NCBI GenBank assembly: GCA_030390025.1
Contig: CM059432.1
Span: 89,964,001 to 90,028,000, forward strand
Direction: 5' to 3'
Length of the DNA: 64,000 nt
Source of the DNA: Squalus acanthias
Taxonomy: Eukaryota
The position numbers were made by a program, and so were the translations under genes. The notes under the pieces were generated by a model. The model was given only the letters and a program-made list of their open reading frames with translations. It was not told the DNA's origin and made no database searches. Below are positions 50,762 to 63,396 of this stretch, piece by piece; within the stretch, counting starts at the first letter, position 1, and each line of letters opens with the position of its first letter.

Positions 50762-51547
50762 GGGCGTGAAATTCGGCTGCTTTGCGCCTGCCGTTAGCGC
50801 CTCCATGGGGCGCTAATGGGGTGCAAATGGGTTTTCGCCTGGGCGCGGCAATATTAGCGCCCCACGCTAAATTGGGCCGGGTTTCTGCGGAGGTGCTAAG
50901 AGTTAGCACCCCGCTCCTGTAGGTACCACCCCGCTCGGCCGCACCCATCGTCGTGCGCAGCGCCCCGTTAGCGCCCCGGATGCAAACTTCGGCCGCGCCC
51001 CTCATTTACCGCCTGCCGCTAACAACGACAGCATCGACTGTCGAGTTGCAGTCGGGAGTTTGCTCCGCGCGTTCTATTTAAAGGCGCCATCTTGAGGAAA
51101 CTTTTTTGCCGGCCATAACTCTGCTGATACATTGTCAGACAAGCTGCTGAACATATCCAATTCCACATTGCTGCATTGCATAGCCCTCTCCCTCTCCCTG
51201 GCAGCAGCCATGGCACAAAGCTGTCTCAGTAGCTGAGAGGTCGCACTCAAGTGCAGCAATGCTGATAATGAACAGATGCAGCTTGAAATGACCTCTCCTT
51301 TAAGAGCTGGAATAAGCTCGAGTCAAGTCTTGAAGGCTGATTGCTGAACGCAAGTCAGCTGAAATTGGATAGCGCTCTGACAGTAGCGCCCCTGCAGCGC
51401 TCCACTGAGACCATTAGCGCCTCATTTACCGCCCCGCTTCAGTCCTGGGGCGGCATTGCCCAATTTTGCCACATTTTTCAATGGATTTTGCCAGGCGCTA
51501 ACTTTTCAAAAAGTTAAAAGTTTGCGCTCCGACCGAATTTCACGCCC
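50762..51547. mobile_element. Harbinger-derived MITE, family D
   Basis: Perfect 15-bp TIR GGGCGTGAAATTCGG and canonical TTA TSD. Confidence 0.95.
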
Positions 51548-53055
51548 TTAAAACTATCAGGCAATCTTTATTCTGGTAAACACTGCAAAAATGTTACATT
51601 GTCTCCCAAGTAAATTGGGAACTTATATGACTTCCAGCCAGGATTGCATCAGGCATAGCCATTGTGTAGCTAACATAATATTTCCTCTATGTTGAATCCC
51701 AGACTTGTAGTGTTGTTTCTGAAGGCTTTGCAATATGGTGTGATATCTTGTTGGAAGACTTCACACCAGACAGTATGCTGTGTTTTCGGGCCCCGCTGCT
51801 GTACTGTGATATTAAAAGAATTGTTGAGCTGATTGTTTTGGCTGGTTGTGGCTCTTGTATAGCATGGGGGCAGAGAAAAATGGCCATTGCCAACATTCTT
51901 CAAAAATTAGCACAGTGTTGCCTATTCAGTGAGCTACTAGGTATTAAACATTGATTAAAGACATCTATAACTGGGTGGCTGGTTAATACATTTTATTATT
52001 GAAAACATAGCCATATTCCCCCCCAAATAATTTAAATGAAAAAGTAGATGTGAGTAAAAATTGATGTAATATTCATTCACATTCCTCCAAGCTGGATTAA
52101 CAAACCCTAGTTAAAATATTTGAGAAAAGTCATTGTTTGCTTCTTAAGGCCTTGTTAAAAATCATTAATGAGAACCTTGTGCAGTATTGAGCAGCTGCAT
52201 AGTCAAATCGAAAAAATAGTTAGCAGCCTTGAAATTCCTCGGTCGTGATCCCAGCACCCCAACTGTGCGCTACATTGCTGATCCTGCTGGAGTTTACAGG
52301 GCCGGTGGTAAGGCACCTTATTTGCACGAGATGGGTAGGCACATGCATCACTGTGGGTGTATTTCCAGCACCCAATGGGGGTTGTCTCAGCCCCTCATCA
52401 CCCCCACCATGTTCCTTTGGACCCCCTAAGCAAGGAGCCAATGTAGATTAACTCTGGAAAAATATTCACAGTCCTCGGGAGTTGAAGTCACTTGCCTGGA
52501 CCATGTGGAGTCTGGTACATCTCCAATTACTCAGTGTACTGGCCACCACATGAGCCTCAGGAGCAGGAACTCTGACTTAGGGAGTCCCTGTCCTTGACTC
52601 CACCCTCTGCCTGTCAGTTACCTAGGAAAGGGTGGACAGAGCTTCTGCCCCTCACAATGCAGTGAGAAAACTTTCGGAAACAGCACAGAATTTCAGAGTT
52701 TATAGAGCAGGAAGATTTCAAAGTACATACAAACATACAAAAAGACTATCAGGCTCATCAGTGCTTACGCTGTTCAATAGACAGTGCAACCTCGCGAACT
52801 TCCCTTCCCAATTGTGGTAATGCTAGCACCATAGCAGTGACAGATGTGACTAGTAGAAGCCTATACGTTATATGTGTTCAAGTAGTTTGACCAAACCCCC
52901 TAAATTAAATGCAGCACAAATGGGGAAGTGGTGGAAGAGAATAGCCAGAGAGTGGGAAGGACAGGGGACGCGTTTCCAGGATGATTATTACTCTTTCATG
53001 CTCTTAGCCTGTGTGAGTATTTATTCTAAATGATATTTAGGGTAGAGGAAATATT

Positions 53056-53202
53056 GGCTGGGCATTTCCTTGGTGTTGCTCCTGCTCCACTATCGTAACT
53101 TAGTTGGAATTGCGATGGAAATGCCCGTAAACAGGGTTCTTGTTGCACTTCTGGTGACGTTACAGTGGTGGGGTGAAAGCAGCTCCGAGGAAATTCCCCG
53201 CC
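53056..53202. mobile_element. Short Harbinger-like MITE, family E
   Basis: Termini ggctgggcatttcct and aggaaattccccgcc; resembles 56105-56229. Confidence 0.6.
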
Positions 53203-53576
53203 AGTGTGAAATTGAGCAGTTAAAAGGATTATGGGGAAGATAAGTAATTGCAAATCTGTACTAACTCCAGAAGAAAATAACAACCAACAGAATTGCAGAT
53301 TTCTTTGTTTTGGAGAGTTTAACATGTGGTTAAAATGTGCTATAAAATTACCACATGCCACTACCATTGGCAGTTATATCTTTAGATTTCAGGCCACCCC
53401 ACCACCTTACCACATCTGTGGCAGTTTGACAGAGGGCACACAATATGTTGGTACATGGTAACAGTGCACCGGTGTGTGGTTGATTTACAACCAAGTGTCT
53501 CAGTCCTACATTTTGAGAAGGATGTATGGTGCCTGTGTATAGGGGGAAGAGAACTGGGAATGGTAAAACCTGTACA

Positions 53577-53746
53577 AAAGCAAAATACTGCGGATGCTGG
53601 AAATCTGAAATAAAAACAGAAAATGCTGGAAATACTCAGCAGGTCAGGCAGCATCTGTGGAGAGAGAAACAGAGTTAACTCTATTTCTCTCTTCACAGAT
53701 GCTGCCTGACCTGCTGAGTATTTCCAGCATTTTCTGTTTTTATTTT
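53577..53746. mobile_element. Fold-back insertion of a shark Penelope-type terminal repeat
   Basis: 69-bp arms 53608-53676 and 53677-53745 (2 mismatches, no spacer); 17-bp TSD ATGGTAAAACCTGTACA. Confidence 0.8.
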
Positions 53747-54382
53747 ATGGTAAAACCTGTACATGGTTTTCTTTTAATATGCTGCGAAACCTGGGTGAGG
53801 GGCCAAGTCCCATATTGAGGTGCAACACTGAGAATGAAAAGAATAAGAGGGAAGATTTGTTTACCAATATAAATCAAGAAGTAGTAGTTAGGTGACTTCA
53901 TACTTAGGTTTTAAAAGTCTGTAGATTGTAACTGTTGTTAGAATACTGAGTCTGGGCTGGATCACACACCCTGGTTTAGAATGAAACTACGGGAAACAAA
54001 GTATGGACTTAACTTTCGCCCCATCGTGACATTTTACAATATTGATATTCATTCAGGTTGTGCCTATTATTTGAAGCCAATAAAAATGAGTGAGATACAA
54101 AGAGACAGGGAACAAATATATGTAAAACTGTAAATGGAAACGAGACAAAAAAGCAAACACGATGGAAAACATACTTCCAGGAACAATAATTGGCAGATTA
54201 TTTGAAACACAAATCTGCATTCTACCATGGTCTTCTTGCTACAGTAATGTAAGCGGTTAGTGAAATTTCTGTACCATCAATAAATTTGGATAATACTAAT
54301 ATATGTGAACCTTTGGATGGATACATATTGACATGGAACTACAATTTGTACTGAATGTTGTATCTCTTGTAACTCTCAGGAC

Positions 54383-54667
54383 ATCCCACATTTACCTGTA
54401 ATTTCATTAATGGTTCATTAATTATGGAGAAAAATAAGCATTCTCCCATTGTTTGACAAAAGAGAGATTTCAGGACATCCAACATTGCCACATATATGAG
54501 TTGGATTTATTAAAATTCCAAATAATTAATATTTTCACAAAGAGAATATTCAACATTATTTTTTGAAAGGAGGCAGGTGAAATCTCTCTTTTGTCAAGCA
54601 ATGGGAGAATGCCTATTTTTCTCCATAATTAATGAACCATTAATGAAATTACAGGTAAATGTGGGAT
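54383..54667. repeat. 90-bp inverted repeat with a 105-bp spacer
   Basis: 54383-54472 is the reverse complement of 54578-54667 with 2 mismatches. Confidence 0.93.
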
Positions 54668-56104
54668 TGAAATGTGCACGGTGCAATTTCATTACCGAGT
54701 TGTGAATTACAGAGGAAAACAGGAATTCCATATAAATTTCATTAAAAGACAGATCCCCCCCCCCCCCATTTGTAACATTTAATAAAGTTCTATTAACACA
54801 AGAAAACCTTTGCACATTCCAATTAAAAGTGTGAAAGACTGGAATCAGAATTTGAATAATACAGTACTAAACAATACTTGCAAAACTTTAGTTGCATTGA
54901 ATCCCTAATATCATGCAGTTTGACTATATATAGGCTTTCACATTCTACAATTTGTGGTAAAACAAAAAAAACAAAGATCTTGTGCTTTAAGTGATTTTAT
55001 GAGGATTATGGGAGGTGCTTTGCTTATTCTGAAGGAGATGTGAATACTTGTATTCTGACATCATTTACAAAGCAGTGTGCCTTGAAATGCAGTGCCTCTT
55101 CGGTAAATTGGGATTTTCTGAATTTTCATGGAGTCATTTAGCACAAATATCGTGCACTCCACAGTTGGATTGACATTTATTAAGTAGTTTGTTAGCCACT
55201 TGAGAAACATTGTTACAGGTGTGTCGTAATTGGTTGTTCCATCACTTTTCTGATCACACTAATGAAATTGCATTCTCAGGAAACACAAATTTCTGTAATT
55301 TCATTAGTGGGTTGAAAATAAACAAAATAATGATTACAAAATAGTTTTTACTTCCATTTTTGAACTGAAGAAATGCAGCCCAAGAAATGCAGCCCATTCC
55401 CAAAGGGGTACTAGTACTGAGATTGTTGTTGGCACAGGATCCAGTGAAAGAACTGCATTTTTGTACTGCTCAACAAGATTAACAGATTCAAACTTTGTAT
55501 GTAATTTTATACAAGAAATACAATTTTGATGTTTTAGTGGAATAATTTTGTTTAATATTTGCTAATAGATTTGAATTGTAAATCTGAATGTAAAAAGTGT
55601 GTGTACTAGTATTGGGTATTGCCTGAAAAATGCTGACTTGAATCCCGTGGACATTTAATGGATGACATAGTGTATTGTTTCTATATTAAAAATTAGCAAT
55701 AGTAATGTAATATTTCTATTATTTGACTGGATGCAGTAATTTATTTTACATGTGGAGAGATTTCTTCTTTAGAAGCAGTGCTACATCTTTTCAGTTATAT
55801 AATTACGGTTACAGAATATCTATAGTAAATATTCAAAGCATTTTTTTCCTTTTAAAAGTTCCAGATAAAAATCCTTAAGTGCAAGTTCTATTAGTAAAAT
55901 GTTTTCTTTAAAACTGATTTTGAAATGCTCAATTGTTACCTTATGCTTTTATGATACTTCTATCTAATTGATAGTGTTACATATTACAATGTTGGTAATA
56001 GGTATCCACATTGACACACTGTAGTCACATGCCTTTTTTTAATGAGGAACTTGTTGATTTTCAGTGCTGCTCACGGGTAGTTAGGGGTCTGGAGTATAGA
56101 TGTA

Positions 56105-56229
56105 CGCCGGGAATTTCCTCAGGGCTTCGCTCTCTTCGCCGCCGTTTACCTGGATAAACAGGGTTTCCACCAGACTTCTGCCAAAGTTACGGCAGCGGAG
56201 CAGGAAAAGCCCAAAGGGAATTCCAGGCA
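56105..56229. mobile_element. Short Harbinger-like MITE, family E
   Basis: Termini gccgggaatttcc and gggaattccaggc, flanked by GTA on both sides. Confidence 0.65.
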
Positions 56230-56546
56230 GTAATGTTTAGCTGCTGAGATGGAAATGTATTCGACACGGCCTGTCTCTTCAAGCACTGCTCAAGTACTCC
56301 CTGGGGCAAGTGGCCTAAATAGCTACATCCTGAGGTCAATGAGAGGCTAAATTATTCTGTAGATTGGCAGCTACTTGTAAATCCCCAGCTCCCTTTGGGA
56401 AAAGCACATTGACACTTGAAGCGTGATATCTGAAATGTGACTGGCACAAGACTTTTCCCTGGAAATATATACTGATCCAGTATGATTACTTGAGCCAAGA
56501 ATTATGAATCCAAGGAGACCCCACTACTCTCAATATTAGACTCTAA

Positions 56547-57266
56547 GGGCTGGATTTTGCCAATGGGGAGCTTTTGGAGGCGGGACTCCCACTTGTCGGG
56601 TTTTAGTCCCGCCTCCATCAACTTCTGACCAACCCACGCTATTTTCCCTTGATTGATCTTGTTAAGCCCGCCCAGCTCATTCTCTGTAGTTTGATGAGTT
56701 CTTGAATTCAAGACCTCATCAAACCTCTTTCTTTTGCAGAAATGAGATGGTTGTTGCATTGGAGAATGCAACGGCCATCTGTCATCTCTGCCGCGGAGGT
56801 GCGAGACTCTCCGCATACCCACCAGTTGAAGCCTGCAGGAAGAAACAAAGGTAAGTACACTTTTTCTAACACTTTTACTAACACTTTGCACTTACCTCAG
56901 ATACTCAGCTCTCCACTCTTGCACCCATCACTCACCTCCACAGCGCACTTTTGGACCCTGCAGACTCCCGCAGACCCACTACTCGCCTCGGTGACCCTGA
57001 CGGGTTTCGGAGCCTTCGGGAAGCCCGCACTTGTGTGGGCAAAATGGGGATAACCGTATTTTCTGCCTATTAACTACCTGTTTACAGGCAGTTAAGTGGA
57101 TGTAATCCCTTCCCGCCTCCAAGAAGACGGGACCTGGTGTGAGATGGCTACCCGCCTCTTGGCAGGATGGCATGGGGGCGGGTTGGGCACCCGCCCCCAA
57201 ATTCTGCCATTTTCCCGGCAGTCCCGCCTCCAAACCCACCTCCCCAGGGCTGGCAAAATCGCCCCC
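56547..57266. mobile_element. Harbinger-derived MITE, family B copy 2 (reverse orientation)
   Basis: Termini gggctggattttgcca and tggcaaaatcgccccc, TSD TAA/TAT; both ends homologous to 26876-27708. Confidence 0.88.
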
Positions 57267-57416
57267 TATTAGTCTGGATACAAGGAGAGACTCCACCAAC
57301 CCATCATATCAGATACTAATTGTCTATAAACAAGGATAAGCCGTACCATTCACAGTATCAGTTAGTAATGTATTTATACAAGGGGAGACCTCCTCATTCA
57401 CAGTATCAGATAATGA

Positions 57417-58145
57417 GGCCCCAAAATTTTGGAGCCCCTGCACCGCTCAGGAAGTGTGGTGGAATGTGAATCTCATCTGCCCATGGCCATTGATGTAGAG
57501 CCCATCCCATATTGTGGGAAATAAGTTATTTCCATAATCAGGGTGACTCTACGGAGGCATCAGAGGCGCCCATCCTGATGTTGCAGTGGAACTTAGAATA
57601 GCACCCAAGTGGTCTAATAGTGTGGCCTTGAAGTCTAGGAATAGTTGAAGAAATAAGGCAAGAAAAGTTTCTACTAAGGGACCAAACTGGTATGTTTTTA
57701 AAGGTAATTAGTTGCCTCTGGGATCAATTACCTTTATCTTGGCAGACAAAGCATTTATAAGGCCCAGATCGGAACTCACGCCAGCCCTTACAAGACAAAT
57801 GGCAGGCCAGGTGTGGAGCCAGGGTCGGGAACTCCAGAATCTGCGAGTTCCTGCTATTGAGCCTCAGTCGGTACCTGCCGTTTCAATTGGGGTCAATATG
57901 CCAAGATAGGTGAGGCATACCAGCCTCCACAACGGTACATTTGGGCCCCAGCAGTGGGGGTCCAGTCCCGGCATGGGGCCTTTGACACCCCAAAGAGAAC
58001 AATTAAAAAAATATACTTCCTGGAATAGCCCACTCGCTCAGGCACCACCGAGGGAGAAGCTGCGCCAGTTTCCTTATGCATGGGGCAGGTGTTCGGGGAC
58101 ACCAGTGGGCATTTGCCAGGCTCTTAACCCGTGGAAATTTGGGGC
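57417..58145. mobile_element. Older Harbinger-like MITE
   Basis: Termini ggccccaaaattt and gaaatttggggc. Confidence 0.6.
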
Positions 58146-58340
58146 AATAGTTTCCTAGTTCTGATTTATTGCCCTTTTGAAATACAGGTACCACATGGGC
58201 CTCCAGTTAGTGGGACAATCCCAGACCTCAATGAGCTACTAAATATTTGAACTAGTGGTTTTCCTAACACAGCTCCTTTCTTTCAGCACCCTGGGCCAAA
58301 TATCATCAGGGCCAGCAGCCCAATCTGCTTTGTCCCAAAG
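58146..58340 (-). mobile_element. Old LINE RT N-terminal remnant
   Basis: Minus strand reads AAGPDDIWPRVLKE and VVPVFQKGNKSELGNY. Confidence 0.65.
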
Positions 58341-59749
58341 AGCTACAGGAAAAGTTTACTTTAGGCCTTAGAATCAGTCGAGATAAGGAAATTGGGTGGG
58401 TTCCTCAGCCCCTCCCCTTTCCTGCAATCATTTACATGTGGCTGGGTAGTCAAGGGGCCAGACAGGAGGGATAAAAATGCATAATAGTGTTGGTAAGTGC
58501 AGGGATGCAGCATTAGGACTCTCCAGCCAATCTCCCTTGATCTTCTGCTGCTATGCCACCCAACCTCAGGCAGTATAGTGGAGGAAAATCTTGCCCTAAT
58601 AGTCTGTATACAAAGGCAACTGTCATTCAGAATATCAAACACAACTAGAGCAATTATAAGACCTCAGCATTCATGACATCAAACCGTTACATGTTGGGAC
58701 AATGGTGCTGTACTTTGGAGTATCAATGCAGAGAGTGACATAGTGTGGAATTATTCATGCTCAATTCCCCATTCTGTTCAGATCTGAGCAACAATGTGCA
58801 AGGATGCACTGCGTAGGACCCAGACATCTCCCTGTAGAGGGAGGGTAAAGTGAATGGGCTGTTCTCTTCAGGAACTGTTACGTGCCTCCTGATAACTAGC
58901 CAAAGCATGGCACTAGGTGGTGGTCTGGGAATAGACCACCTGCCTGTACTCCCAGATGTATTTGGTCCAGAAGAACCTATAGAGAGAACAAAACAGGGCA
59001 AAAGTTTGAAGGTGCGGATTTCATTGGAAGATAAATATCCTAAAAAGCACCTTCATCTGTAGATGTTGCAATTTTCAATATCAAATCCAAATAGTGCGAT
59101 TACATAGAGACCCCATCAATCACAATATCAAATACAAACACCAGGAAGCACTGCCATTCACAAAACACAAATACTTTGTTTCATCAGCAAATTGCTTGTT
59201 TTAAAATGAAATGAATTCTATTTTCCCTTATTGTCATAATATTCTGATTCAGCAGAATAATTATTAAAAGAATGGTAGACATAGTAAAAATCACAATAGC
59301 TGCAATCCAAAAATGCCTTGGAGTGTAAACATGTGACAGTCATACGATTTACTAATATGTCAAAAAGAAGACAGAGGAAAGAGTTCCATTGAGTTGAGTA
59401 CATGATGATAATCCTAATGGATTTGCAGTAACTTGTCATTTGTGCAGGTTGGGTTCCAATAGATCAGGTTGTGTTGGTCAGTTTATAAAAGATTCGAGCT
59501 TTGCTTCATACATTTTGTGCCTAACCGGAGGAAATAACCAGCAGGTTCAAGAATGAAACCTGAACCCTGTTGCAGTTAAAATCTACTCCCAGTATTAGGC
59601 TGCCACTTTCACACCTCTGTCATTAATGGTCTCACAGCCATGTCATTTACCCTCAAATAGATGCTGAAGATGGAAGGATGATGTTTATTCATATCATCTT
59701 AGATGAGAGACAGTTTTAAGGTCCACTGAATTCTGGCTTCAATCGCTGG

Positions 59750-59803
59750 CCTCTCTCTCTCCCCTCTCTTTCTCTCTTTTTTCTCTTTCTCTCTCTTTCT
59801 CTC
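59750..59803. repeat. (CT)n/pyrimidine microsatellite
   Basis: Directly visible ctctctct run. Confidence 0.85.
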
Positions 59804-60129
59804 CACTCCCATAGGGCCCTAATTAGTACTGCTCCAGCCTTTACTGGAAATAGGGCAATGGCTGTGAGTGGCATTGTTTTCTACTTATGAAGTTAGTGTA
59901 TGACCTTGTGACTTGGTCAGGTTAGTACGACGAGATGCTTGACACATCCATGCAGTGTCAGGGCTTTTTATTGTCAGATGTCAAAGGAGAGCGTAAAAGG
60001 ATTCATCTGCAACACAGAGCATCAAAGGTATGAAACAACACAAATCATAATACTGTATTATACATCCACAGTTACTGTGTGAATTGTATACTAATCTTAC
60101 TGCTGTCTATTTCATTTATTAAACATAGT

Positions 60130-60791
60130 GGGGTAAAAATTGGGTATCGCTCCCTTTGGGGCGCTACCTTCGCGCGGGGTGCTAATTTTAGCGCCCCGAA
60201 AAAGTTAGCGCCCCCGCGGCCAATTTTCCCAGGTAGCGCCCTGAGAGGGAGGAGGGGTGCTACTGGAAGCGCCCCACCTCCCGCTTGGGGGCTGCGAGCC
60301 AATATCGCGATGCTACGTGCCGCGGTACTGCAGGCCTTCCTCCCCTTATTAAAGGGGAGGGGCCTGGCGCAGAGCGTCCCGGCGCCCAGCTGGGCCACCA
60401 GGGATCGGAGTGCCGGCAAACGAGCCCGGCACTCAAGAGGAGTGCTTCACGGGGGCCGGGGACAGCAAGGGAGGCAGGTGCTGGCAGGCGGCCAGCAACA
60501 AAAATTACCGCCCGCCACCTCCCCTTTAACTAGTGCCGCCCTGGCCGCAGGTATGCCCCCCTGACCCTGGCGGACATAGCGTCCGGCGGTAAGTCGGGGG
60601 GCGCCACCCAATGTTACAGCCGGGGCGCTGCGCATGGCGATGACGTCATCGCCGGTGGTGCTAACGGTTAGCGCCGCCGCTAACCTCCCGCTGAATTTCA
60701 CGGGAGGCGTTAGCGGTGCCGCACCCAGGCGCTAGTTGATTTGCGCCCCGTGGCGCTAATGGGAGGCGCAAATCAACCGAATTTAGCCCCC
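60130..60791. mobile_element. Harbinger-derived MITE distantly related to family A
   Basis: Termini ggggtaaaaattggg and ccgaatttagccccc, TSD AGT, many TAGCGCC motifs. Confidence 0.85.
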
Positions 60792-60847
60792 AGTACATTT
60801 TACAGAAGTGAAGATGTTATTCTTCCTGTAAGATTTCTGGAGATATC

Positions 60848-61591
60848 AGCCCTGATATTAACGGGATGGGTGCAGGGGAGCACAGTAGTGCGGGGAAAAC
60901 CTGGCAAGGCCGGGGACTTTGAAGCCCTGCTGATCTGAACAGCTGGGCTTCATTTAAATAAGCTGCTGCAGACTCCCGCCCAACAGCTGTCCAATTTGAC
61001 AACCTGGCCGGCGGGCAGGAGCACAAGCAAGCAGCAGCCCCCAGCAGTTAGTAGAGGGTGAAGGCTCTGGGCCACCATCTGGAGGTGGGGGCAGAAGAGA
61101 GGATATAGGGTCCGTGATCCAGGCCATCGGGAGTGGAGGAGAGGTCATCGGGGCCGCCATCGAGGAGTGGGAGGAGAGAACTTGAGGGCTGTGATTGGGG
61201 CTGGTGGAAGCCGAAGGCTTCATTGTGAGGCCTGGGCGAGTATTGCTCCTTCTGGCCCACGTGGAGTGATCTTCAGCACTTACCTTGGATAGTCGGCACC
61301 TCCTGCCTCGGATCTACTACTGGGAATCCCACAGTGCGAGCCTCTCCATCACTTATTCATAAATTTAAGTCCTGGCGCCAATGATGCAATCAGGCCATGA
61401 CCTTTGAATGTTAATTAGGCCCCCACTTGCCTTTTGCGGGAGCCTTGTCGATGGCCAGATTTGTGTTTTTAAAATTTTAAATGGGCGGGAATGGGGTCGG
61501 ATTGGGGTTGGTGTTTGATCCTGATATTTTAATCACCCCACCCCCACGACCAGTTCCCATCCATCGGGGGGAGGGGATTAAAATCGCGGCC
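60848..61591. mobile_element. Family C-related element
   Basis: Termini gccctgatattaac and attaaaatcgcggcc; 3' part similar to 28950-29060. Confidence 0.6.
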
Positions 61592-62299
61592 ATTAACACA
61601 GGAAATAGGTTACACTATATTTTTATGGTTGTAAAATTGTTTCAATGCAATCAAAATCGTAATTTATATTCTGATACTTTTATAAGAATGAATCACGTTT
61701 CAAATTGAATTAGGGTTCACTAACAGAGAAGGGTAGTTTCATCAGTACGGGCCAGATTATGATCCCAAATTTTCATGCGAGTTCTGCCAAATTCCTACCA
61801 TAAATCCAGAGAGACACCAGCTGAAGCTACCGAAAAATAGCAGGGACCTGGTTGTGCTGGGTCCCCGCTGTTACCAGGATTTTTTAGCTGCCTTGGAACA
61901 GGCAGAACTTGCACAAAACCCTTACCAGACAAATGTTGTCAGAAGGCAAAGGTCAGGGTGGGGCTTTCCTGGCTCATTGAGGACCGAGTAGTACTGGAGT
62001 TCGGGACACCCAGTGAGGTGAGGTGTACCCGCCTCCTGATGGGTGCAAGCCGGTCCCCTAGGGATCTAAGCCAGCAATTAGCCTGGACACCTGAATAATC
62101 GAGATTCTTTAAAAAAAAATCTTGATTGACTCCTTTACACAGGGGGCTGAGGAAACATGGCTGGCATCTGGGGAGGCCCTGGCAACTCCCCACCTCAATG
62201 GTGGATTGGTGCTGGATTTTCCTGCTGGATGGGCAAGCAGATGCTGGAAGTGCGTCAACAGTGGTGTAGGTGCACACCTGTCCTGTGCAAATCAGGAGT

Positions 62300-63165
62300 C
62301 ATAAGAATATAAGAACATAAGAATTAGGAGCAGGAGTAGGCCATACGGCCCTTCGAGCCTGCTCCGCCATTCAATAAGATCATGGCTGATCTTCGACCTC
62401 AATTCCACTTTCCCGCCCAATCTCCATATCCCTTGATTCCAAAAATCTATTTATCTCAGCCTTGAATATACTCAACGACTCAGCATCCATAGCCCTTTGT
62501 GGTAGAGAATTCCAAAGATTCACAACCCTCTGAGTGAAGAAATTCCCCCTCATCACAGTCTTAAATGGCCGATCCCTTATTCTGAGACTATGCCCCCTAG
62601 TTCTAGACTCTCCAGCCAGGGGAACAACCTCTCAGCATCTACCCTGACAATCCCTCTCAGAATCTTATATGTTTCAATGAGATCACCTTTCATTATTCTA
62701 AACTCCAGAGAGTATAGGCCCATTCTACTCAATCTCTCCTCATAGGACAGTCCTCTCATCCCAGGGATCAATCTAGTGAACCTTCATTGCACCGCCTCCA
62801 AGGCAATTATGTCCTTTCTCAAATAAGGAGACCAAAACTGTGCACAGTACTCCAGGTGTGGTCTCACCAAAGCCCTGTACAATTGTAGTAAGACATCCTT
62901 ACTCTTGTACTCCAACCCCTTGCAATAAAGGCCAACATGCCATTTGCCTTCCTAATTGCTTGCTGTACCTGTATGCTAACTTTCTGTGTTTCATGTACCA
63001 GGACACCTAAATCTCTCTGAACACCAACATTTAATAGTTTATCACCATTTAAAAAATATTCTGTTTTTCTATTATTCCTACCTATGTTAATAACCTCACA
63101 TTTCCCCACATTATACTCCATCTGCCACCTTATTGCCTACTCACTTAACCTGTCTATATCCCTTT
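62300..63165 (-). mobile_element. CR1 LINE 3' part
   Basis: (ttcttatg)n tail, QRDLGVLVH, GDLIETYKI. Confidence 0.92.
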
Positions 63166-63396
63166 GCCGGAATTTTCTGGGGTCCGTGCGGGCGCAATCG
63201 GAGGCGGGTCGGGTGGGAAATTTGAAAAAAGTCAGAGCGGGTTGGGAACCTGCCGTCATCCCGCCACAGCGCACCTTTCCCTCGGGCGCGTTTGCCAGTG
63301 CGGCAGCGACCCGACCGGCAGAGGCGGGCGACCTAATTGAAATCATTGTAAGCTTGTTGTCAGACACTTAAGAGCCATTTTCCCCCTATATTTCAA
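63166..63396 (+). mobile_element. Left end of an H2-like Harbinger inserted in the CR1
   Basis: Starts gccggaatttt; tgccgtcatcccgcc and ggcagaggcgg.cgacctaatt match 13081-13160. Confidence 0.8.

Noticed and set aside
59750..59870. Exon after a long pyrimidine tract
   Set aside because: The tract is a (CT)n microsatellite and the following sequence hits a stop in the ZFHX4 frame.
61940..62299. Possible coding fragment
   Set aside because: No recognisable motif or splice structure; probably decayed repeat, left unassigned.
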